A stretch of 41,044 nucleotides of DNA from an uncultured Erysipelotrichaceae bacterium (GTDB lineage: Bacteria; Bacillota_I; Bacilli_A; RF39; UBA660). Position numbers and translations under genes: made by a program. The notes beneath the pieces are model-generated. The model was not told the origin of the DNA. It saw nothing but the letters and a program-made list of their open reading frames with translations, and did no database searches. The stretch is taken from positions 1 to 41,044 of the forward strand of contig CACZTI010000050.1 of the NCBI GenBank assembly GCA_902783985.1, written 5' to 3'. This document shows positions 17,422 through 28,200 of the stretch, piece after piece. Within the stretch, counting starts at the first letter, position 1; every line of letters begins with the position of its first letter.

Positions 17422-18201
17422 ATGGCAAAAGAAGGATATGTTGTTTATACAGCGGATAAGATTAAAAATAGAAAGAAAAGAGCTAAAAGATATCGTATTA
17501 TTATTGTAATTTCGATTATTTTCTTAATGAGTTTATTTGTCGTTTTAAGTTTAGCTTATAATGGTGGAAGTTTTACAGTAACACTTGATCCTAACTTTAG
17601 ACTTGAATCAGGTCTTGCTATTTATACGGAAAAAGAAGTACATAAACATGTTCGTAAGTTATATGCGGATGAACTTAAATTTATGGATAATATATCAATT
17701 GATTGGCTACCTAAAAATATTAAAGATTTTTCCGGTGGTGGACATAATGGTGATAATTATATTGCTTATACTTTCTATATTGATAATCAAGGTGTTGAAA
17801 TACAAGATTATTGGTATAAAGTAGTTATTCAAGATGTTATTAAAAATGTTGATGAAGCGATTAGAATTATGATTGTTTTAAATGATACTGAAACAGTTTA
17901 TGCGAAAGCTAATCCCTTAACTGGAGAAGCTGAAAAAGGCACCAAAGCTTTTTATAAAAATGATGTTCCCATACTTGAAAATAGAGCTAAGTTAAAACCT
18001 GGTGAAATCGATAAAATGACCGTAGTTATTTGGCTTGAAGGAGATGATCCTGAATGTGTGGATAATCTTTTAGGTGGCGAAATAAAAATTGGTATGAATA
18101 TTACGGATGAGCATTTTGATGAAGAAACAAGAAACTATATTAACAATAATAAAAATAGTGTTAATGCCGATATTCCAACTATTCCGGATGAGAAAGAATA
18201 G
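17422..18201 (+). CDS. Membrane-anchored or exported protein of the W-[LI]-E-G-[QD]-D family (259 aa)
   Basis: A basic cytoplasmic N-terminus (RKKRAKRYR), then a TM ending in LSLAYNGGSFTV. The C-terminal motif MTVVIWLEGDDPECVDNLLGGEIKIGMNIT is shared with 18210.. and 34611.. Confidence 0.65.
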   Translation: MAKEGYVVYTADKIKNRKKRAKRYRIIIVISIIFLMSLFVVLSLAYNGGSFTVTLDPNFRLESGLAIYTEKEVHKHVRKLYADELKFMDNISIDWLPKNIKDFSGGGHNGDNYIAYTFYIDNQGVEIQDYWYKVVIQDVIKNVDEAIRIMIVLNDTETVYAKANPLTGEAEKGTKAFYKNDVPILENRAKLKPGEIDKMTVVIWLEGDDPECVDNLLGGEIKIGMNITDEHFDEETRNYINNNKNSVNADIPTIPDEKE

Positions 18202-18209
18202 GTGATATC

Positions 18210-19208
18210 ATGAAGGAAGAAAAGAAAAAAAGAAGAAAGTTTTTGTTTTTACTATTATGGTTTTTTATTGTCGGAATATTTCTAGCAACTTCAACATACG
18301 CTTGGTTTTCTACTAATAGAATTACGGATATTGAGTTTGTTGATGTTCATGTTGAAACAGATGGTGGTATTGAAATATCAACTGATGCTTTGGATTGGAA
18401 AAGTGTTTTAAGTGTTAATGATATAGTAGAAGCTTATAAAACATATGGAAATAGTACTAACCAAGTTCCAGCTAATGTCATGCCAATGTCAACTGCAGGA
18501 ATAACGGATAATAATGGATACTTATATATGTTTTATGGTAACTTAGAAAATGTTGCTTCTGGTGAATACATTTTATCTAGTAAAAGACAAGTAGAAACAA
18601 GATGTAGTGGGGAAGATTGTTCAGGAAGTTTTATTTCCTTTGATGTCTTCTTTCGTACTAGTGTTGATCGAAAATTATTTTTAAGTAGTGATTCATTTGT
18701 AACCTATTTAGGTGAAGAAAGTTTAGGTATTGAAAATTCCGCAAGAGTTGCTTTTGTATTGGAAGGTAATGTATCGCAAGATGCGAATATCAATGTCGCT
18801 CAAAATCTAAATGGTGGAAGAAATGATGATGTCTATATTTGGGAACCTAATTATGATGTTCATACAAGAACTGGTGTATCAAATGCCTTATCCACATTTA
18901 ATATCGTAACTACTGAAGAAAATGGAGAAATAATTCCTTATGATGGTGTCATTAATCCCATATTACTTTCTCAAAACATTGATATTAGAAATGCTAATAG
19001 TATAAATTATCCTAATTATTTTAAACCAGTAAATGTTAAAGTTTATACTAAAAGTAACAATGATACTAATCAAGAATTATTTGATATTAAAAGAGGTATT
19101 ACTAAAGTAAAAATATATATGTGGTTAGAAGGACAAGATGTTGATAGTGAAAACAATGCATCTTTTGGTGATATCAGATATAATTTGCAATTTACTTTAA
19201 ATCCATAA
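18210..19208 (+). CDS. Large TasA-like exported protein (332 aa), paralogue of 34611..35837
   Basis: The signal peptide ends in TSTYAWFSTNRITD. The C-terminus VKIYMWLEGQDVDSENNASFGDIRYNLQFTLNP resembles the TasA C-terminus (..NKYQGNSIKLQFSFEATQ). Confidence 0.7.
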   Translation: MKEEKKKRRKFLFLLLWFFIVGIFLATSTYAWFSTNRITDIEFVDVHVETDGGIEISTDALDWKSVLSVNDIVEAYKTYGNSTNQVPANVMPMSTAGITDNNGYLYMFYGNLENVASGEYILSSKRQVETRCSGEDCSGSFISFDVFFRTSVDRKLFLSSDSFVTYLGEESLGIENSARVAFVLEGNVSQDANINVAQNLNGGRNDDVYIWEPNYDVHTRTGVSNALSTFNIVTTEENGEIIPYDGVINPILLSQNIDIRNANSINYPNYFKPVNVKVYTKSNNDTNQELFDIKRGITKVKIYMWLEGQDVDSENNASFGDIRYNLQFTLNP

Positions 19209-19227
19209 AAAAGAAGGAGGATAGCTA

Positions 19228-22200
19228 ATGAAAAAGATTGTTAAAAATAAAAGTTTATTTAATCGTTTAATAGTAATTTTTTTCGTTATTGCTATTATCC
19301 TTTTTTTGTCAATAAATTTATTTAGGACTTTTTCTGAAGATGTCTCTGATACTAGTTCTCATATTACTGGAGACACTGTTTATGTTAATGATTTAGTTAG
19401 TGACTATAATTATTATTTAGGAATGAATTATGTAGGTGATATTGATTCCAACAGTGTTTCATATAGTGATAGTAATCTATCTAGTGTAACAATTGTTTAT
19501 CATGGATATGATAGTAGTGTTAATAATTGTGATGATACTTTATGTGGTTATGTTTCTTTAACAGAAAGACAAAACAAATTTATATATTATAAATATTATC
19601 CCGTTGTTAATAATGAAATGACCATCGAACTTATTGATAATCCATTTAGTGATCGCCCAACTAATAAAGCTTTTGGTGGATGGACTAGTACTGATGGTGT
19701 TATTACAAGAAATAATAATACTAATGTTCAAACAATCAAGGTTGTTAAATCAGGAAATAATCAAGTAGTTAATATTTATGCTAATTGGATAAATGCTCAT
19801 GTTGTTTATTTAAAAGGTAGTTTAGGTGATGATAATTTTGATGGTAGTACAGAAGATGATGCTGTAGCTTCCTGGGGAAGAGCATTCTCTCTTTTAGAAA
19901 GTAATAGTACAAATCCAGATGATCGTGAAAGAAATATCATTGTTTTAACTGGTGATATTGCAATGAGTCCAAATTACTCTCAAACTGTAACTCATACTTA
20001 TGATATAACTGTTAATTATAATGATAAAACAAATTTTGATGATACTCCTCATATTATTGAATATAAGAATGGAAATACACGATATGCCCTAACTGATAAT
20101 AATGGAGTTAGTTATACAACATTATCTTTAAATACCGAACCCCTTGATAATACCAAATGGATAATTAGAGAAGAAAATGGTTCATATACCATTCAAAACT
20201 ATGATACTAATAGATATTTATCGTATAGTGTTAATGGTAGTAATGTCACTTTAAATATGACTAATACTAGTACATTATGGAAATATGATAATAATTTAAG
20301 AAAATTCTATGTACCAATTGATTTATCTTATTATGAATACACTTATAATGATGTAAATAATATTACAAGTGGAGAAGAATATTTAATAACTAGTGGTTCA
20401 GAGAATAATACTTTAAATAGTAATTTAGCTAATATTAGTTTCAATAATCGTAATTTTAATAATAATGCCTTATGGACATTTACTAATGAAAATGGTGGAT
20501 ACTCCATAAAAAATGGTAATAATTATTTATCAAGTGTTGATGGTGGTAATAATGGAGCTGCTCTATATTTTTCAAGTTCTCTGGCAACTTGGCGTTATGA
20601 TGATACCAATCATGCATTTTATAGACAAACATTAATTAATTATGTAACTTATTCCTATAATCATGCTAATTATATTAATAGTGGAAGTAATTATTATATT
20701 ACAAATGGTGATAATAATAACTTAATTGCTTTATCAGTAAATGGTAATAATTTAACTTATTTTGATATGACAGATAATGAACCAACTAATACTAGTTCTT
20801 GGTTATTAAATAATTATAATGGTGGTTATACTATAAGAAATGTAAGTAATAATAGATATTTATATTGTAGTAATAATGGAACTTTATCTACTAATACTAA
20901 TTCAAGAACATGGATGTATGATGCTAATAATCATCGTTTATATTATCAAAGAAATTATAATAATAGATATTATCTTCGATATAACAATGGAACTTGGTCT
21001 ACAACAACTAATGCTAATCAAGCTACAGAATTATATTTTACAACAAGAGTTACTAATAGTAGTTATCAAAATACTAATGTATATTTATCATTTGATAATA
21101 ACAGGTGGGGTTTAGTTGATACTTTAGGGGATAATACGACAATAACTTTAAAAACTGTTGAAAGTAATTATGTTAATAATACAGTTAATTATTATGTAAG
21201 ATATAATAATGGTTTTGAAATAAGTGATATTGATTCTAATAATCGATTAAATTTTGCAACATATACTATTGATAGAGAAATAAGAACTACTAATACTGGT
21301 AATATTGGTACTAATAACTATAATACAAATAATAATAATCTTGCGGTAACTATTACCAGTCTTTATAATCACATTGATTATCGTAATAATGCTTCAATTG
21401 ATTTAACAGATGATGTTAATAATGGATATGATTTTGTATCTGCTTATAATGATTTACAAATGGAATATTTAAGTATTAAAGCGAATGGATTTAATGCAAT
21501 TAGTAATGATACAACCACAACTAATTATAGTGGAACATATGCAGCTTTAGAAGGAAATTACCATAATGTTAGAATAGGAAGAGGAATGAATACTACTTCT
21601 TGGACTAATGATTCCGCATCTATTTTTAGTTTTGCTTATGGTGGAAGTGATAGTACATCTCTTGGAAGTAGTAATAATCACAATAATGACTATCGTTTTG
21701 TTATTGAAACAGGAAGATATTCATCAGTTATGGGTGTTCGTATTGCTAATGATGGAAATTATAGTAATTATAATACAGTTGATTATTATGGCAAAATGAC
21801 CTTTGTTTTAGGTAATGATTATGATCGAGTATCAAATATTCATAATCGTCTTCAAGTATATTATCGTGCAGGTAGTTCTAATAATTATGGTATTGTTGGT
21901 AAAACTAATTCTAATAATCCCGCTTATTTAATTAATGTTAAAAGTGGTAATATAGGATATGATTATTTTAATAATAATCCGAGTGATGATAATAGAGCTT
22001 ACTCTGGACTTTATGTTGGTGGACTAACTGTTAATGCCACGAATTCCACTACTGATATTTCACCAAGAGTTTTAGTAATGGAAGGAGGCTATATCGCCAA
22101 TATTGTTGGTGGTCTTCGTCTTTATGAAAATTATCAAAACACGGTTCCTACAAAGATTTATGTTAAAGGTGGTACTATCTCTAATATTGTAGGAGGTGCC

Positions 22201-25200
22201 GGTGTATCAACAACATATGGTAATCGATATATTTCTGTTACTGGTGGTAGTATTGAATATAGTGTATCTGGTGGTAGTAATGGAGTTTTTGCTACTGATT
22301 CCACAGGACAACAAAGTGGTAAATTACAAGGTAATAGTTATGTTCATATAGGTGGAAATGCAAGTATTGGAACCAATAATTCTGGTGAATTATATGGAGT
22401 TAGTTATGGTTCTGTATTAGGAGCTGGTAATGGTAATAGTGATGTTCCAAATTCTGGTCAAGTTATTAAAACCAATGTTTTCATAAGTGGTGATGCTAAA
22501 ATATATGGAAGTGTCTATGGTGGTGGAAATTATGGTAATGTTACCGATGATGTTCACTTAGATATTTCAGGTGGTACTATTTATGGAAGTGTTTATGGTG
22601 GGGCTAATAAAAATGGTATCGGAAGTGTTACTATTCAAGAAGGAATGGGAGAGACAGTATCCTATGTTAATCATGAAAATATTACATCTGGTAATGGATA
22701 CTTGATTGTTAAAGAAAATGGTTCAACAATGAATGCTTTATCTTTAAATAATAATTCTATTACTAATAGTGTTTTAGGAACAACCACAAGTGCCCCTTTA
22801 AGAAGTTTTTGGACAATTACTAGTCAAGATAATGGTTATACTATTAAGAATGTTAGTAATAATATGTATTTAACACATGAAACAGGTTTAAATAATCCAA
22901 CATTAAAATTAGATACTAATCCAGCGGTATGGCAATATGATACAAGTAATAAATCCTTCTATAAACAAGCAAGTTATTTTAATGATTATACAGTATCTTA
23001 TAACTTTAGTACATCAATGATTACCAATGAAGAAATATTATTAACAAATTCTAATTCTAATACCGCTAATTCAATGGCAATTACTAATAATAATTTATCT
23101 AATATAACTTTAAATAGTACTAGTATTCCGTTGGATAATTTATGGATTATTGAAGAAAATAATGGTGAATATGCTATTAAAAATGTTAATACTGGATTAT
23201 ATTTAAATATGGAATCAAGTGGTTGGTTTAATTATAATTTAACTTTAGGTAATAATCCAACATATTGGCAAAGTGATGGAAGAAACTTCTATTATGGAGC
23301 TTTCTTTAGAACATATTATTTAACATATAATAATGGTTGGACAACAACTACTACGGCATCATCAGGAACTAATTTCTATTTTGGAAAATATAATATTAAT
23401 TACAATGAAATAGAAGATACTTTCTATTTAGGATTTAATAATAACTGGGTATTAACAAGAACTAATACTTCGGTTAATAGTTTAACTTTTAAAACACAGA
23501 ATGTTTCTACAAACTTTGTTCAAACAGCAACCAATAGATTAAATGGTGATGTAACAATCAATATGACAGGAGGAGAGATTAAGAAAACTCTTTATGGTGG
23601 ATCTTGTGAAAAAGGTAATGTTGCAGGTGATGTTATAATCAATATTTTAGGTGGTACTATTAATTATGATGATAATAATCATGGAAGTTTATTTGGTGGT
23701 GGATATGGTGAAGAAACATCTATCGCTGGTAATATAAATGTTTCCATTGAAGATAATAATAAAGTCATGATTAAAGGAGATTCCTATGGTGGAAGTGCTT
23801 TAGGAACAGTAATTGGTAATATTCAATTTGATATTGATGATACTTCAAGTACTCCTACAATTACAATAGATGGTGATACATATTGTGGAAGTATGGGAAA
23901 TAAACTAGATAGTACCTTAGGTAACATTATGGGAAATTGTTCTCTAAATATTAAAGAAGGAGACTTTACTAAAAACTTCTATGGTGGAAATAATTCTGGT
24001 GGTGGAGCCTATGGTAATATCACGGTTACTACTGGTGGATATAATACTGATGCTAAAATAGGTAATGTCTATGGTGGTGGAAATGAAGCTGATTCACTAA
24101 GTAATAATGTTACAGTTTATGTTAAAGATAAATCTAATATAACCAATGTCTTTGGTGGTGGTAATTTAGCTACTGTTTCTAATACCAATGTTTATTTACA
24201 AGGTGGTACTGCTACCAATACCTTTGGTGGTAGTAATAAAAGTGGAGCTGATGTAACCAATGTTTATTTACAAAATGGTAATTTCACTAATATTTATGGT
24301 GGAAGTAATGAATTAGGTGAAGTATTAGCAACTAATATTACTTTAACAGGAGGTAGAGCGACTACTGTTTATGGTGGTAATAATATTGGTGGAACAACAA
24401 CAAATAGTAATGTTTTATTAAATGGATCTAATGTTGATACTATTTATGGTGGAGGAAATGAAGCCCAAACAACAACAACCATTGTTAATATTAATAATGG
24501 TACAGCAAGTAATGTCTATGGTGGTGGTAATAAAGCTTTAACTGATACGACTAATGTTAATTTAAATGGTGGAACAATTACTAATACTTATGGTGGTGGT
24601 AATGAAGCTGGTATTATTACCAAAACCAATGTTAAATTAGCAGGAAGCACTACAACCAACATTTTTGGTGGAAGTAATACAAGTGGTGTTGTACCAATAA
24701 GTAATGTTTTAGTAAACTCTGGAACATCTTCTAATATCTATGGTGGTAACAATGTTGGTGGAAGTACTACAGAATCTTTTGTAACAATGAATGGTGGTAC
24801 TATTAATACTATTTATGGTGGAGGTTTACTTGCAAGTACTGGTAAAACCAATGTTACAATAAATAATTCTTTAACCAATGTTTATGGTGGTGGAGAATCT
24901 GCTAATGTAACAGGTAGTAGTAATATCCAAATGAATAGTGGAACAATAAGTAATATTTATGGTGGAAGTAATACAAGTGGTGTTGTTAATAATAGTAATA
25001 TAACTATTGATGGTGGAACAATAACAACCATTTATGGTGGTAATAATGCTGGTGGAAGTACAACCGTTAGTAACTTAAATATTAATGATGGTACCATTAA
25101 TACTATTTATGGTGGTGGATCAAGAGCAAATCATGGAACATCAAATATTAATTTTAATACAGTATCTAATAATTCGGTATCCGCTATTTATGGTGGTGGT

Positions 25201-28200
25201 ATGGAAGCATCTTGTACTACATCAAATGTAAATTTAATTAAAGGAAAAGCCAATTATGTTTATGGTGGAAGTAATACAAGTGGTGTAGTAACTACAGCAA
25301 ATGTTAATATAACAGGTGGTACATATACAGACATTTATGGTGGAAATAACGCTGGTGGTACAACAACTAATACCTTTATTGATTATCAAAATGCTACAGT
25401 ATCTAATATCTATGGTGGTGGAAATAACGCTGATGTATCAGGAAATACTAGTGTTAAATTAGCAAATGGTACAATATCTAATAATATTTTTGGTGGTGGA
25501 AATAACGCTAAAGTATTAGGAAATACCAATGTTTTAATTAATGGAACTACTATTAATGGTAGTGCTTATGCTGGTGGAAATGGTGCTAGTGCCACAGTGG
25601 TTAAAGATACATATATCTTAGTAGAAGGAAATACTAATATTTTAAATCATGTCTTTGGTGGTGGAAACGCTGCTTATACTGGTATTGTTACCAATAATAA
25701 TTCCAAGGGATCAGTAAATATTATTGGTGGAAGAATAAATGGCAATGTTTATGGTGGTGCTAATACATCAGTTCTATATGGTGATACCACAGTAAATATT
25801 GGTTATAATGCGGTTTTAAATAATAATGCTAATTTAGATTCTAGTACTCTTTCAAAAGGAGATATTTATATTGGTGGAACTGTCTTTGGTGGAGGAGAAG
25901 CTAACGCTAGTGGATCAGAAGACTATGACTACTCATTTATTAGTGTAACAGTTGGTATTATTATAAATATTGATGGAAGTAATCATGATCATTTTGATAT
26001 ATCTGGTTCCATCTTTGGAAGTGGTAACGCTTCAAGTACCACTGGTTATAGTAGAATATATATAAGTAATTATGGTAGTTTAGATGATGTTAAAGAAAAT
26101 ATTTCCATTCAAAGAGCAGATTTAGTTGTTTTAAATAATACTAATATTGAACTATCTGGAGCAACCGATAGAACTAATGAATACTCTAGTGTCTTATTTA
26201 GTGTAAGTCGTATTGATGAGTTAGATTTAGTTAATAATAGTACCATTTATTTCCAAAATGGGGCTAATCTTCTTAAGAAATTTAGAAGTTTAAAAGATAA
26301 TAATACTTTAGCAAGTGTTGTAATTGATGAAGATAATGGTACAGTAGTAAAAAATGTTAATAATCGAATCTATATGTTAGAAGATAAAATCTTAAATATT
26401 GCAACAAATCAAAATATCACATCATATGGTGAAGTAGATGGAATGACTTTCTTAGGAATGTATAAAAAAGAAAGAACAGGAGAAATAGTTGTTGCAATGT
26501 ATGATACTAGTTATAATTATGGTGATCATGCTGATGATAATGATATTTATTATTTCTCTGGAGGAACTTATGTTTTAGGATTACATGAAGATAATCATAA
26601 TATCGAAGTAGATGGTTTCTATTCTAATTTTGCATCAACGGAAGAAGGAGAAGAAAATACATTAGAAGTTAAATATATTGTTCCTACACCAGAAGATTCT
26701 AGTTACTATATGTGGATTATTGGTACATCAGTAACTTCTTATGAAGTAGACCTTGTTGCTTCAAAATATTCAACACTAGGTACTTATGAACTTCCTTTAA
26801 TTGATTATACAACGGCTAATACCTATTTTTCTGTTGTTGGATTCCAATATGAAAATTTAAATAGTGAAGTATCATTAGTATCTCCTAATAGTATTCCAAG
26901 AATTGCAAGTAATTCCAATGATGCTGATAATAAATTAGGATTATCCATAAGACCTGGTACAGAAGGATGGATTACTTTAGGATCAACTGACTTCTTAACT
27001 GAAAGTGAAAATAATATTTCTGGTACCACAACATACTATACAGAAAACTCATCCTTAGCTCCTAGTTTACTATTCTATTTATATCACTCAAAAAATTTAG
27101 CAACCGATGGTAATTTAGGTTATGTAACAATTAAATTACTTGCTATAACTCCAATTAATGATTTGGAAAAAGAAACAACCAGAATTGATATTGTTGTTAA
27201 TTTATCAAGAGCAATATATCAAGGTGATTTCTATGAAGCTGCTATGACACCAGGAAGACAATATGAATTCTTCTCGTCAAGTCCAACAAGAATTACATCA
27301 AAAAGTAGTTTAAGTGCTTATTATGCTTTATATGTAAATTCAGATACTAATATTTATCGTAATGGATATCATCATGCTTTAGTATCAGATAAGTTATTAC
27401 CTGTAAATACTAAAATAACAATGATTGATTTTGCAAGTGGTACAAGTCCTGAATATTATTACTATATTACAAACGCTCAAGATAATATTGATATTATTAA
27501 TAAATATAATTTATATTTAACATATTCCTATGATTTAAGTAAATTTATTAAAATGGGAAGTTCTAGTACAAATAATACTTATGATGAAGAAACATTAAAG
27601 AATATTTATTATAATTCGGAAAACAAAATGGCCGTAGAAGAATTTATCTTTATTGTTGATTTCTGTGATGCTGAAATAGCAAGTAATTATTTAGAAACAT
27701 CATTATTAATGGAAATTAGAACTTCTACAGAACAAACTATTTATTCTGTTTTAGGTACCCAACATGATAGTATGAAATATGATTTATATTATAATTCAGA
27801 TGGTATTATTCATGTAGATGCCGAGTTAAATAATAATGTTATTCATATAGGTAATGATACTACATTAAGAGTAACAACATCTTTTGAACAAAAGAAAGAT
27901 AATAGTAACAATAATATTATTGATACTACATATTATGATAATAAATTAGGTATTAAATTAACGATATATGATGAAAACAATAATCAAGTAAATGGTGTGG
28001 ATTTAATGGGTGTATCATTTGTATATAATGGAATAACTCATTATCCGAGAAGTGATGGTACAGTAAGAATTAATTTAGCAGAGAAAGTCGCTAATGTTTA
28101 TTCAGCTATTGTTATTGATACTAGTGATGGTAACTTATCTGGTGGTAATTATACTTTAAAAGTAGAATCATTCTATTCACCTGATGGTATATATTATGGT

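Noticed and set aside
23540-26070. The regularly spaced DNA repeats might be a CRISPR array.
   Set aside because: The repeats are in-frame coding rungs of a beta-helix with a 72-75 nt period and degenerate sequence. They lie within one uninterrupted 9.4-kb ORF, and there is no spacer structure and no cas genes.
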